IMG/VR virus record: IMGVR_UViG_3300033155_000947 | Coordinates: 1 to 60,041 of that record | Direction: 5' to 3' (one strand) | From: a virus | Taxonomy: Duplodnaviria > Caudoviricetes | DNA length: 60,041 nucleotides | Part shown: one piece after another, positions 36,324 to 47,013 of the stretch | Layout: each line of letters begins with the position of its first letter | Numbering within the stretch: the first letter of the stretch is position 1 | Translations under genes and position numbers: made by a program | The notes under the pieces: model-generated | Databases searched by the model: none | What the model was told of the DNA's origin: nothing | The model's input: the letters and a program-made list of their open reading frames with translations, nothing else

Positions 36324-39300
36324 ATGCCATTAGAACCTCTCGACGAAGCCGTCACAATCAACACAGGGGACATACGACAAGCCCGCCATAAGGTTAAGCT
36401 AGCACAGCCCCTATGGTCAGCCGTGTTTGCACTGGCACAAGAGAGTGACGCCCTTACAGAGTACGTGGCGCCCTACCGTGCGTACATCCAAAAAGGCGAG
36501 AAGACCCCCGCATCTGTGATCAACGCCATGCCACCCGCGTTAGGCCTGTTGTTCAAGGTGATGCACGAGGCCGGTGCCGGATACAAACAGATTGTACAGA
36601 ATACCGCTAAACAAGAGCAGGCCGAAGGTTACGGCATGTTGGCGAAGATTAACGACGACCCTGACGCCATCGCAGACAACCAGCAAGTATGGTCGTTCGC
36701 AAGCGACAGCATCCGTGCCCGCTTATTCGACATAGCACGCGGTCGCAACATCGGATCCCGAGCACTACGTGTCCAGCAGACGCGCAAGCGCCTAGCCATA
36801 ATCATCGACGAACTATTCCCGAAAGACATATCACGCTTCAACACCGCGTATAAGACCGCGGTTAAGGGTGATTTCGACAAGCTGGCCTCCGTCTGGGCAG
36901 ACGCAGACCCGCTGTTCGCGAAAGCGATAGCACAGACCGCAGTCGCAGGACAAACTGCAGATACGGCTACCGGTACCGACGCGCCTGATCCTGACCTCGA
37001 GCCTGCGGTCGTTGACAAAGACAGCAGTTTGTCCGCGCCTCCGAAGACCAAGAAGATAGGGAGCGCCTACCCGCAATGGGTTTATGCGATTGCCGACGCC
37101 AATATGGATGATTTCGTACAAGGCGAAGACGATGACGCAGTGAGCGCAGTGGTAACCCCCCTAAACATTCACGATACAGGTGTCGGAGTCTCGCACGAGC
37201 TCTTCGATTTCCCGTTCTACGTGACAACCGGCAAAAAGAAGGTACTCGAAGTACAAGGCGCCGCGTCGGCTATGGTGAGCTTCACTACGCTTACCAACCC
37301 TGACGGAACCACCGAGATCGTACCGTCCCAAACAGACATCGAATTCGCGCTGTTCGATGAGCAGACCGGTAAGTATTACGTCACATCCGACTCGGATCTG
37401 ACCGACGTACTTGCAGGCAGTTACAAGCTCACCGCGCATAAGCCACACACGCAGGTGCCACAGCAGGTTAAGCCGGCGCCCACGTTCGCCAACCCTGAGT
37501 CCCTGCCTGAGCCTGAATACACGCCCCCGTCACACCTAGCCACACGTCCTGAGATCTGGGGAGTGGTGTTATGGCGCACGGGCATCAACCAGCTCGTGTT
37601 CCGTACGTACGACAACTCGACCTACAGTGATAGCACGCTGTCCCAAGGCGCCACATGGAAAGAACTGACGCAGGACGCCCACTACGGAATCTATCTGCCG
37701 TTGGTGAACAAGGAGATAAAGCTGACGCATCTGACACGCAAACAGATGCACAGCAACCTCGCGAACCCTGTGCCTGCGGTTGCGAACGTCCCTACAATCA
37801 TTGACAGGTCGAACCCCTTTACCACACCAGCACCCGCCATGCGGGTACGCCCAGACGGCACGAAAATGTACCTGATAGCCGTCCTCCCGCTTCCGCAAGG
37901 GGATCGGTACGTGTATGCGCGGGCGATTTATACCGCGATAGAGTCCGCACACTTCAGTAAACTGCACAAAGCGTTCCAGCCCTCGGACGCTTCCGAAGAC
38001 AGTAACATCGCTAATATACCTGAGCCCGAGTTTGAAGACTTCGCACACCTAGCGACCTCCGATTACCTGCAGAGCGTGGTTACATGGGGCAGTCCGATAG
38101 GAGGCGTACCCACACTACGCTACACGGTATACAGCCAAGACGCTTCGGCTAGCCTCTCCCTGTCCTACAACGAGACATGGTCGGAGCTCCTGCACAGCCC
38201 TAACCATCTACCGTACCTCGCACAGGTCAACAAAGTCAGGACGTTGACGAACCCGACACACCCTGCACTGCGTATCTGGTTAGGGACGGAAGGCTTTAAA
38301 GACTTAAGCAAAATGACGCCGGGCGCCGCGGTTAGTAAGATGCTAACAGGGAACGACCTAGCTTCGCTGTTGGATCTTAAGCTGTCTTTGATAGCGCGCA
38401 CCGATACCGAGGATACGCACTACATGTTGGTGGACATTATCAGGAGCTCAACAGGGTCTGCGCGCCACGTATACGCTATGCGTGAAAAGAATAACGACGG
38501 GACGTACGGTAACCTAAGCGTAACCATCACACAACCGAAAGAGGTTGCACAACCGGAGCCGTCAGAGATAGTCCCTGCGTCGCACCCTGACATCCCGCAT
38601 CCGACTGCGATCGGTCGCTGGTTCACAGGCTCCAACAAGGCCTCCGCAGGCGACAAGATTTCCGTCTATCTGGTAAAAGAGGGCAAGGACTTCGACTACG
38701 CTACGGAGGATGCGCACACCCTCCACCAGACTGCAACCGTAATAGACGCGCCCGCAGGTAAGACCCTGTCGATAACAAGGCACGGAAAGATCACCGAACA
38801 GGTTATCACATTCTCACAGCTACTAACCTTAGGGGTTCAGTACACCAAGGACGTGATGAGCGCAGAAGAGAAGAAGAAGTCGGATCAGGCTGTGAGCCAC
38901 GAGAACAAACACGCGCTATTCGCAGGCGCGGGCATGAACAACGTAACGGCAGTAACCGGTCACATGCTGTCCGCGAAGACACACACCACTGCACCCGGAG
39001 CCTACGCCACGACAACAGATATAAACGCCCTGAAAGCAGGTAAGGACGTACCCGATACTGTGCTCCTCTACTACATCACACCGCACTCATGGGTGAATGA
39101 ACTAGGGTACAGCATACCGCATGTGATCCTATACCGTGGCACCATACAGCTAGACGACGCAGGAGCGATCGTCGCAGAGTTGATGGAATCAGCGGAGTCA
39201 CCGTCCAGCGATATACACATGGTAACCAAGTCGGTAGACTCGGGAGCGGTCTTGCCTGTCACCCTTGCTAAATCGTCTCCGCTTATGCCCCCTGTATCTG

Positions 39301-42300
39301 TGCAGAGCGGTACGGGCGTGGTACTCGACAAAGACGACCCGCTTGCACGAACTGCGAGCTCGATACCACAGACACCTGCATTCTTAGGCGGGTTCTATAC
39401 CAACGGCGATCAGCTGGTCTATGTATCACTACAGACCGATGAAGTTGACAAAGTACTCGGGTACGCTTTCGGCACCGTCAAGGACGTGAAGAACGTCGCA
39501 GGCGCGGATTATGTAACCGTCGACCCCTCGCTCCCTGTGTCCGCAGACCTCGTACAACTGACGGCTACCAGCTCTATGACCTCGTATGAAGCAAGTACAA
39601 CTCTAAAGCTCGAAGAGCTAGACGGGCTGTTCTCGGACTTCACACGTGCGTACTTGTTCCTCGACAACAGCAAGGTGCCTGCGTTCGAACGTATAGGGAT
39701 GGGCACGTACAAACAGCCGTTGCGCTTAGCAGGTGTTGAGGCCACGAAAATAGGGACAGTAGAAGACAGCCACGGGGCGCTGAAACAATACCCGCCACCT
39801 GCTATTACCCCCACCAACGACCCGAAACTTGTCGGCACGAAACTCCCGAAGGCGGGCGTGGTGGTTTATAACGCACAGACACAGTCGATCCTGTTCATGG
39901 AACCTGCTAACCACTACAATGAGGTGGGCTTGTCCCTGCCGAAAGGTACGGTTGAGGCTGGTGAGACGTTAGAACAAGGGGCTGTGCGTGAGTGTTTCGA
40001 AGAGACGGGGCACGCAGTACGGTTGATCAAGCATATAGGTGACGTACAGAACGTGCGCTGGTTCTTGGCCGAGACCAAAGCCGTGAACACAGATGCGATA
40101 GGCGACGAAACATCGTCCCTTATCTGGGGCGCTCTGACCCCACAGAAGATGCTATACCCTGACCTGCAGTTACGCCTCCGCCCGCGCGATAAGAAGGTCG
40201 TCATGCTGGCGCTGAAACTGCTCGAGGATGCGAACGCATGGGCAGATACGTCCGAAAAGATTATGGCCACTGACGTACAGACAGGAATCACCGGTTATGA
40301 CAAGCACGGGGTGCCGATCGCGGTCAGCCATGTGCCGGTATCAGACTTGACGCCCAAACAGGCGAAGCGGGTTCCGCCCAAGACCACGAATGTGAACGTC
40401 GTGCATACGAAAACCACGAAGAAGACGCACAATACGAAAGCAGTGATAGACTACGTAGAGAACCTCGACGGCGCCGACATCCCTGAAGCCTCTGACGATA
40501 AGAGCACAGGGGGCGGGTCGAACCCTGCGTGGATCATCGAGCGTAACGGTATGAAGTACAGGCTCAAAGCCTCCAAGGAAGGCACCACTAAGGGCGATAA
40601 GATCCGCGCACACGCAGAGGAGAGCGCGTGGGGTCTGATGTCAGCGCTTAAAGCGGACGGAGTGGCGTCTGGTGTCGCCAAGTACAAAGGCAGGGTCGTG
40701 GCGATACAACCGTTGGTTGACGCAGACGTCGAAGCATCGTTCAACACGGACGACGTCTCACACGCGGACGCAGGTGCGTTGCTCTATCAGCACGTCATTG
40801 ATATGTTCATGGGCGACCACGACGGGCACGCAGGCAACTGGCTTCGTGTGAAGGGTAAGCCACTACCTATCGACCGCGGACAGGCGTTCAAATTCCACGT
40901 ACAGGCGGTCAAGAACGGGAGCACGTACATGCCTGAACTGCACCCGTCGCATAACCCTGCGGGCAATGTCGGACAGCCGTTAGCTAAGAAGCTCTTGCTC
41001 GACTGGTCAGCAGGGACGGTAACCCTACCTGAGAGCGCCTTTTCACGTATGGCGTTGGCTCTCACACGCGTCAGACGCATCACAAGCGACGCGCTTCGAC
41101 CTATGTTAGCGAACCTCGCAGACAGCGCAGACGTCTCGGTGGTCGACCTCACCAACTCTGTTTTAATGGCGCAAGCAACCTACCTCGAGTCGTGGACTGC
41201 GGTACTCAAGTCACTACAACCAGACTTCGCGTGGGCGGTTACACCTAAGGGCATCAGCGCCTCGCTGAATAGCCCACTCGAAACGCCTGCGGATATGGGA
41301 CTGCACAATGAAGTCAATGACGTCGTGATGGACGCAGAGCTTATCCAACGCGCGGGCACCAACGGTATCTCGGTCGCCATAGCAGGGTCGCACGTAGAAA
41401 ACCAAGAGGTTCTCGCCAAAGTGGTCAACCTGACGCAGAACGTGGGCGGGCAGTCGCAGGGCACGCTAATGACGTGGAAATTTACCAAGAGCGCCACAGA
41501 ACAGGCGTCCATATTCATACAGAGCCAGCTAGACGAAAACAGTACGATGTCCACGGCTAACACAGGGGCGTCAACCTCGACCGCGAACAACGGTATTATC
41601 CAGCACGTCGGAAACCAGTACCGCTTAATGGCAGAGGATACGGATAATAAGTACTGGGAAATTATGAGCATGATGGCGAAGTCTTACACCTCTCGCCTAT
41701 GCCGGATCGTAGACGAAGCCGAGGCAGGCGCGCTGGGTATACCCGGAGCTAATATCACCCCACCTCGAGGTGGCTGGAGTACGAAAGAGTCGTTTGTCAA
41801 CGGAGAGAGCAAGTTGTCGGACTACTACAAACAAGCTCAGCCGGTTATCGCGCGCATCAAGCAAGAGCACGCCAAGAAACAGGTTACGGGAACCACCGCC
41901 AACGGTGAGCCGTATGCCGTGGTGTACGCTATGCTGTCGCACTATATGGAGAAGCTCAAAGCATTTGACTATGTGTCCGAAAACGAAGCAAAGCTCTTGG
42001 CCGACAACCCGAAAGGCTTAGAGCCTATCGTCATCGTACCGTTTGACTACGTACCGGTCGCAGACAAAGCACAGGAACAAGAACGCGAAGAGCGCTCACG
42101 TGTCGGATCCGGAGCAACCTACTTCACATCCTCGACCGTCAAACTGCCCGGCGTCTCTGCCGTGTCCCACGGGTCAGACACGCACGCACCCGTACCGTAT
42201 TACACGCCCGGAACCGGCCAAGGTCTGTCGCTGAACGTAGGAAAGTCCAAGACATACGCTGTGACGTTCAAGAACGCGCCCGGCGTTACGTTTGCTATGA

Positions 42301-43391
42301 CACAACAGGCAGGCGGGGGCGGTCCTCGCGCATTCTTCGGGAAGTGTTGGGCGTTCATGCCCGGCGTCCCAAGCCCTAAACATATCTCAGCACTGTTACA
42401 GACGATCGAAGAAGCCACAGGGCTTACCATGCGTGGCGCCACCGCAGAAGATCAGGAAGTTGTCTGGCTCGCCAACAACATTACATCATCCGGAGGTAAG
42501 ATCGCACCTCAGGACGGGTCGGTTGCTCCCGTATTGTCCGAGCTCAGTAAGACTATGGAGAAATACGACAGTGAAGGCCCGTCCGACAAACTGCGCACAG
42601 CACTACGTAAAATACTGAAGAAACGCCTCAAAACGAACAACGTGGAAGTGTCGTTAGAGGAGCTCGAAGAGCAGGCGACCACCCACGGACGCGCGCGTGA
42701 GGGCGCACCGCAAGACGAGAACGCAGGAACTATGCACAGCATACGGGCGGGCTGGACACTTGAGTCCCTTAAAAAGGCGTTAACAGCGTCTGGCCTCAAA
42801 GCCGACGCACTAAGGGTGTCGCACCAGCTTGGCATAGCAGGAAGTCCGTCCTCCGCGTTTCAAGGTATTCTACAAGGGGGATCGACTATGTTGGCTCGCC
42901 ATTCGTTCCAAGAGAACGGAGTCGCAGTAGGCGAGTCTTCGGTGGTACCCGCTGGCTCGGTCAAGAATAACGCGAACGGTTCGTCTGCGACCAGCGATAT
43001 ACAACAAGGCGGGGCAGGCGCCTTCGGAGTCTTCCGAAAAACAATGAAATTGGAGTACCTGCTCGAATTCGGTATCGGTCTGCTACTACGCACCGACATC
43101 CAGACTCACGGTACGGGCGACTCCTACGGTAACTGGGAGCTTCAGCGCTACGCCTCTATCCCCGCCCTGATCGAAACTATCCACGCGTCCCCGCTCTCGA
43201 CAGGCGTAGGACCCGCATCATCACCGCAGGTTATACTACGTACGTCCGTGAGCTGGTCGAAGTACTTACAAGGCGTTACCGTGGGAAGCATACACAAAGG
43301 CGCGCAAGGGCAGGCGCTAACGCGCAAAGCTCTCGGAGACGATGCCACGTTCTACAACGGTCAATCCATCGAACAAACCATTAAAGGGTAA
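36324..43391 (+). CDS. 2355-aa protein with Nudix hydrolase and PI3/4-kinase/HipA-like kinase domains
   Basis: Nudix box GTVEAGETLEQGAVRECFEETGH (~39945-40013); kinase GGSNP..KYRLK..HAEE..DHDGHAGNW..PIDRG (~40510-40890); N-terminal PLDE. Confidence 0.85.
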   Translation: MPLEPLDEAVTINTGDIRQARHKVKLAQPLWSAVFALAQESDALTEYVAPYRAYIQKGEKTPASVINAMPPALGLLFKVMHEAGAGYKQIVQNTAKQEQAEGYGMLAKINDDPDAIADNQQVWSFASDSIRARLFDIARGRNIGSRALRVQQTRKRLAIIIDELFPKDISRFNTAYKTAVKGDFDKLASVWADADPLFAKAIAQTAVAGQTADTATGTDAPDPDLEPAVVDKDSSLSAPPKTKKIGSAYPQWVYAIADANMDDFVQGEDDDAVSAVVTPLNIHDTGVGVSHELFDFPFYVTTGKKKVLEVQGAASAMVSFTTLTNPDGTTEIVPSQTDIEFALFDEQTGKYYVTSDSDLTDVLAGSYKLTAHKPHTQVPQQVKPAPTFANPESLPEPEYTPPSHLATRPEIWGVVLWRTGINQLVFRTYDNSTYSDSTLSQGATWKELTQDAHYGIYLPLVNKEIKLTHLTRKQMHSNLANPVPAVANVPTIIDRSNPFTTPAPAMRVRPDGTKMYLIAVLPLPQGDRYVYARAIYTAIESAHFSKLHKAFQPSDASEDSNIANIPEPEFEDFAHLATSDYLQSVVTWGSPIGGVPTLRYTVYSQDASASLSLSYNETWSELLHSPNHLPYLAQVNKVRTLTNPTHPALRIWLGTEGFKDLSKMTPGAAVSKMLTGNDLASLLDLKLSLIARTDTEDTHYMLVDIIRSSTGSARHVYAMREKNNDGTYGNLSVTITQPKEVAQPEPSEIVPASHPDIPHPTAIGRWFTGSNKASAGDKISVYLVKEGKDFDYATEDAHTLHQTATVIDAPAGKTLSITRHGKITEQVITFSQLLTLGVQYTKDVMSAEEKKKSDQAVSHENKHALFAGAGMNNVTAVTGHMLSAKTHTTAPGAYATTTDINALKAGKDVPDTVLLYYITPHSWVNELGYSIPHVILYRGTIQLDDAGAIVAELMESAESPSSDIHMVTKSVDSGAVLPVTLAKSSPLMPPVSVQSGTGVVLDKDDPLARTASSIPQTPAFLGGFYTNGDQLVYVSLQTDEVDKVLGYAFGTVKDVKNVAGADYVTVDPSLPVSADLVQLTATSSMTSYEASTTLKLEELDGLFSDFTRAYLFLDNSKVPAFERIGMGTYKQPLRLAGVEATKIGTVEDSHGALKQYPPPAITPTNDPKLVGTKLPKAGVVVYNAQTQSILFMEPANHYNEVGLSLPKGTVEAGETLEQGAVRECFEETGHAVRLIKHIGDVQNVRWFLAETKAVNTDAIGDETSSLIWGALTPQKMLYPDLQLRLRPRDKKVVMLALKLLEDANAWADTSEKIMATDVQTGITGYDKHGVPIAVSHVPVSDLTPKQAKRVPPKTTNVNVVHTKTTKKTHNTKAVIDYVENLDGADIPEASDDKSTGGGSNPAWIIERNGMKYRLKASKEGTTKGDKIRAHAEESAWGLMSALKADGVASGVAKYKGRVVAIQPLVDADVEASFNTDDVSHADAGALLYQHVIDMFMGDHDGHAGNWLRVKGKPLPIDRGQAFKFHVQAVKNGSTYMPELHPSHNPAGNVGQPLAKKLLLDWSAGTVTLPESAFSRMALALTRVRRITSDALRPMLANLADSADVSVVDLTNSVLMAQATYLESWTAVLKSLQPDFAWAVTPKGISASLNSPLETPADMGLHNEVNDVVMDAELIQRAGTNGISVAIAGSHVENQEVLAKVVNLTQNVGGQSQGTLMTWKFTKSATEQASIFIQSQLDENSTMSTANTGASTSTANNGIIQHVGNQYRLMAEDTDNKYWEIMSMMAKSYTSRLCRIVDEAEAGALGIPGANITPPRGGWSTKESFVNGESKLSDYYKQAQPVIARIKQEHAKKQVTGTTANGEPYAVVYAMLSHYMEKLKAFDYVSENEAKLLADNPKGLEPIVIVPFDYVPVADKAQEQEREERSRVGSGATYFTSSTVKLPGVSAVSHGSDTHAPVPYYTPGTGQGLSLNVGKSKTYAVTFKNAPGVTFAMTQQAGGGGPRAFFGKCWAFMPGVPSPKHISALLQTIEEATGLTMRGATAEDQEVVWLANNITSSGGKIAPQDGSVAPVLSELSKTMEKYDSEGPSDKLRTALRKILKKRLKTNNVEVSLEELEEQATTHGRAREGAPQDENAGTMHSIRAGWTLESLKKALTASGLKADALRVSHQLGIAGSPSSAFQGILQGGSTMLARHSFQENGVAVGESSVVPAGSVKNNANGSSATSDIQQGGAGAFGVFRKTMKLEYLLEFGIGLLLRTDIQTHGTGDSYGNWELQRYASIPALIETIHASPLSTGVGPASSPQVILRTSVSWSKYLQGVTVGSIHKGAQGQALTRKALGDDATFYNGQSIEQTIKG

Positions 43392-43393
43392 CA

Positions 43394-44143
43394 ATGCTCA
43401 AATTCTTCACACAGTTACAGAACACAGTCGCGACCGGCGCGGAAGTCACCACACCTGCGGGGCTCGTATTCGTCCCTGACGTGGTTTACCGCGTGAGAGG
43501 CGGTATAGTGTTCCGCAGTGGTAAGTGGTGGGAAGACGACAACGATTTCATATACACAGTGACCGGTGATATAGTCGTAACCGATAGCGCTCTGTACATC
43601 CGACCCTCAGCAGGTCTGGCGTCCACCAAGATCGTACCGCTATCAGGGGTTGAGCACGAAGGAGTAAAGGAGTGGCGCAAGGAGCGCGACGAACTCGTAC
43701 GCACGGGCTTGTACGATCAATACATCCAGTCGTACATTAACACAGCTATTACTGACGCCTTTACTCGCCAGACACTACAACAACACCTCCGACTCGTACC
43801 AGCACCACCCGCACCCGCGCGTAACGTCGCTTTTATGCGCGAACGCCTTGCAGGCGTCGACGAAAGTGAGCCACAAACGACCGCAATTCTGGCACTCGCA
43901 GACGACGGTGGCACGTCATTTACGAAAAAAACGCCATGGACGGTGCGAACTTCGTCCGTTTGGCGTGCGCATTTGTCCCATTTTGACTACGATATATCTA
44001 AGGCGTGCGAAGCAATCACAGAACAGGACACACACGGTGTCTCGTATATCGACCCTGAGTATGTGATTCGCACGTCTTCTGCCTCTCTTACCGTTCTGCT
44101 TGCGGAAGTCTCGCAAACATTCCACCCTGTGCAAAGGAAATAA
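43394..44143 (+). CDS. hypothetical protein
   Basis: Coupled ORF. Confidence 0.7.
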   Translation: MLKFFTQLQNTVATGAEVTTPAGLVFVPDVVYRVRGGIVFRSGKWWEDDNDFIYTVTGDIVVTDSALYIRPSAGLASTKIVPLSGVEHEGVKEWRKERDELVRTGLYDQYIQSYINTAITDAFTRQTLQQHLRLVPAPPAPARNVAFMRERLAGVDESEPQTTAILALADDGGTSFTKKTPWTVRTSSVWRAHLSHFDYDISKACEAITEQDTHGVSYIDPEYVIRTSSASLTVLLAEVSQTFHPVQRK

Positions 44144-44145
44144 CC

Positions 44146-44541
44146 ATGCCCGTACATCAAACAGCCGTAATCGCCTATGTCCGTACCGCCGCCCCTGCCG
44201 TTGCGGCGCCTGTCCTAGAGTTAACACTCGCAACCGACACTCGCCCTGTTGCTCGCGTGATTAGCCACCGAGTCCAAGCGTTCGCTGAAGAAGTGACACT
44301 ACAGGCGCGCGTATTCGATCCTCGTGCAGGCGTTAACGCTTGGGTAAACCTCGGCTCTGCCGAAGCCATCCCTGCGGGCGGTTTCGCGGACTTGAGCTCG
44401 ATCATCCCTGCGTATGCCAGTAAGTTTGACTTCACGGCACAAGCGTCAGGCTCAGGCGACCAAGTAGAGATCACAACCCGTGGAGCTGAGGGTCTAGTAC
44501 TCTCGTCCTTCAATCAGCACGGTGCTACCGTCGGTACATAA
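44146..44541 (+). CDS. small beta-rich putative virion protein
   Basis: AAGGA RBS; Ala/Val/Thr-rich; head module context. Confidence 0.6.
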   Translation: MPVHQTAVIAYVRTAAPAVAAPVLELTLATDTRPVARVISHRVQAFAEEVTLQARVFDPRAGVNAWVNLGSAEAIPAGGFADLSSIIPAYASKFDFTAQASGSGDQVEITTRGAEGLVLSSFNQHGATVGT

Positions 44542-44599
44542 TAAGTAACGTACGAACAGCCTGTCACCTCTCCTGCCGTATCCTACAGAAGGCTCGACC

Positions 44600-45061
44600 A
44601 TGACCCTGCATATTGCCACAATACAAGCCAATATCGGACAAGGTGCTGACGCTCCCTTAACAGGGGACTACACACCGCAGACGATATTCGCAACCCATAA
44701 GAAAAACGCACCTGTTGTGGTCGTTACCGTTCGAAACGCAGGCGACGAACCCGCCGTCCTGAATTTCGGATCTTTAGCGGTTTTCACAGCATCCAGCGCT
44801 ACGATTGCAGACGACCCTGTCGACCCTGCAGATAACACGGTAACGGCACTTGACGGTGTCTTGACCGACGGCACAACTGCGGATACCGTAACGGTGGCTC
44901 CGGGCGCTGTCGAAACTTTCATGCTGGTGACCCTGCATGATTACCTGTTCGTGAACGCCTTACCTACGTCTTCACGCCTTGAGATCTTAGCGAGCGCGTC
45001 TTTGGGCGCCTTGTGCCTGATCAACAACGTGGACGACTTCGACATTTCGGCAATACAGTAA
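44600..45061 (+). CDS. small beta-rich putative virion protein
   Basis: Composition and context. Confidence 0.6.
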   Translation: MTLHIATIQANIGQGADAPLTGDYTPQTIFATHKKNAPVVVVTVRNAGDEPAVLNFGSLAVFTASSATIADDPVDPADNTVTALDGVLTDGTTADTVTVAPGAVETFMLVTLHDYLFVNALPTSSRLEILASASLGALCLINNVDDFDISAIQ

Positions 45062-45069
45062 GCTGTTGA

Positions 45070-45465
45070 ATGAAAAAACGCGCTAAACAATCCAATCCGC
45101 AAGCACAGGCACCCCTGCCCGTTCGAGCCATTGGGACGTTCCTAGTACTAGCGCGCGACAAAGAGCTAGCCCACTACGGTGAGGATTTCGCGGATTATAT
45201 ACTCCACATGGAGTCTGAAACGAACCCCAACGTACAGAACAGCTACAACTTAGGCAACGACGCCCCCACGGTCGCCCGTATCTTGCGAAGGTACACACCT
45301 GACCAGTATGTCGCAGAAATGATTGTAGACATTGCTACATCCTTCGGCGCCTCCCAGTATGTGTACCACGACGACCGTATCATCCCCTTAAAAGCCCCCA
45401 CAAAGGACGTTCACGATGCCCTTAGACCCCAACAAAAATGGACAAACCCACGCATCAGTGGATGA
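45070..45465 (+). CDS. hypothetical protein
   Basis: ORF between structural genes. Confidence 0.6.
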   Translation: MKKRAKQSNPQAQAPLPVRAIGTFLVLARDKELAHYGEDFADYILHMESETNPNVQNSYNLGNDAPTVARILRRYTPDQYVAEMIVDIATSFGASQYVYHDDRIIPLKAPTKDVHDALRPQQKWTNPRISG

Positions 45466-46966
45466 GTCGGTACTACTCACAGAGAGCGCAGTCGAGGACA
45501 TCGAAATTGCGTACGTACGCCAAGGCGACCGCGCGTATGTGGCGTTAGGCGACGTAAGCGCCTCCGACATCGGAGAAGGTGTCGAGTTGGTTGAGAACAT
45601 TACCGACCTAGACACGACTGAGGTTATGGTTGAGGGTGTTGACGGTAAGCGTCCGATGAACTTTGTGAAAGACGGTACGTGGGTTGTAGAAGGCATCTTC
45701 CAGCGCGCGGACACTGTGAACGTGAATAAGCGTAAATACTCTCGTAAGCTATGGGAACGGGTTCTGTCAGAAGACGGACCTACCATGCGCAATATCCGTG
45801 AGCGGTCTATGATCGGTCAGGTTGAACACCCCGCGGACGGTCGCAGTAACCTTAAGCTCGCCGCTTTGTTGGTAACAAGTAACAAACTACGTGAGGACGG
45901 TATTGTATGGGGTACTGCCGAACTGCTCAACACGCCGGACGGTATGCTCTTGCAAGCGCTGTCTGAGGCTAAGATCAAGTGGGGCATTTCCAGCCGTGGG
46001 CGCGGACGCGTTGACGGAGAGGGCAATGTCGACGAAGAACGGTTCACCCTCGGTACCTACGACGCAGTGTCGTCACCCAGCACGCCCGGAGCCTTCCCAT
46101 CGGCCAAGCGTGTGAAGAGTGCCAGCCGTGCCAAGGGTACGAACGAATCGGTAACCCTGCCCGACGTTCCCGACTTCGAAGGCCTAAGCGAAGACGACCA
46201 AATCGACCTAGCGCGTGACTTCCTCCGTCAGTTTGCCACGGCAACAGGAGAGACTGAAGTGGCGGATACGCTGGACGGTGTATGGAAAGCGGCACTACGT
46301 GTGCCGTCTGTGTCTGAAGGCGATGACAACTCTGCAGACCTACTCGTGGTTAACGACAATCTCCGTGTGGCGAATCGCCAACTGGTTGCCGAACTCGCAG
46401 AGCGGAAGAACGCCACCCCTACCGTCAACGAAAACACAGACAACCCCGATAACACCGACACAGGCGCGGATAACACCGACACCGACAATTTCCTAGACGA
46501 TGGCGCGCTTGATGACGCGGTACGTCAGAACCTACAATTACAAGAACGAATCGAAGCGATCCAAACAGAGTTAGGCGAGACGCAACAAGCTCTCGATGAG
46601 TCTGTGGCTTCGTCAACACAGCTGACAAGTTTGCAGTTAAAGGTTGACGAAACCCGCGCGGAGTACGATGACCTCGTGACGCTCTATGTTGAGCACCGCG
46701 ATCAAGTCGTCGCATACTTGCTTGAGCACGTACCAGCACTACAGAGTGATCCCGAGGCTCTCGGGGATGTGGATAACATCCAATCACTCTTGCAGTTGGC
46801 AGTACAGGCGAAGCGAGTCGCAGTTACTGAAGCGGATAACAGTACTGCACGTATGCCCGATAACAGCACCAAGCCGTCATTAAACCTCGGAAAACGATGC
46901 TTAAATGATGTTGAGGCACCTATCGGAGCACGTCAGGCCGCCGACGCCATTCGTCGTGCGCTCTAA
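45416..46966 (+). CDS. prohead core protease (T4 gp21-like) fused to an acidic coiled-coil scaffold
   Basis: GIFQRAD..N.NKRKY, GQVEHP, LNTPDG, GISSRGRG, YDAVSSPS; alternative start GTG 45458. Confidence 0.92.
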   Translation: MPLDPNKNGQTHASVDESVLLTESAVEDIEIAYVRQGDRAYVALGDVSASDIGEGVELVENITDLDTTEVMVEGVDGKRPMNFVKDGTWVVEGIFQRADTVNVNKRKYSRKLWERVLSEDGPTMRNIRERSMIGQVEHPADGRSNLKLAALLVTSNKLREDGIVWGTAELLNTPDGMLLQALSEAKIKWGISSRGRGRVDGEGNVDEERFTLGTYDAVSSPSTPGAFPSAKRVKSASRAKGTNESVTLPDVPDFEGLSEDDQIDLARDFLRQFATATGETEVADTLDGVWKAALRVPSVSEGDDNSADLLVVNDNLRVANRQLVAELAERKNATPTVNENTDNPDNTDTGADNTDTDNFLDDGALDDAVRQNLQLQERIEAIQTELGETQQALDESVASSTQLTSLQLKVDETRAEYDDLVTLYVEHRDQVVAYLLEHVPALQSDPEALGDVDNIQSLLQLAVQAKRVAVTEADNSTARMPDNSTKPSLNLGKRCLNDVEAPIGARQAADAIRRAL

Positions 46967-46979
46967 TCTCACCCATAAT

Positions 46980-47000
46980 GTGACAAACTGTCACCCGAAC
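46980..47000 (+). promoter_or_regulatory. palindromic element just upstream of the major capsid gene
   Basis: GTGACAAACTGTCACCCGAAC ending 13 bp before ATG 47014. Confidence 0.85.
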
Positions 47001-47013
47001 GAAAGACTACCCC

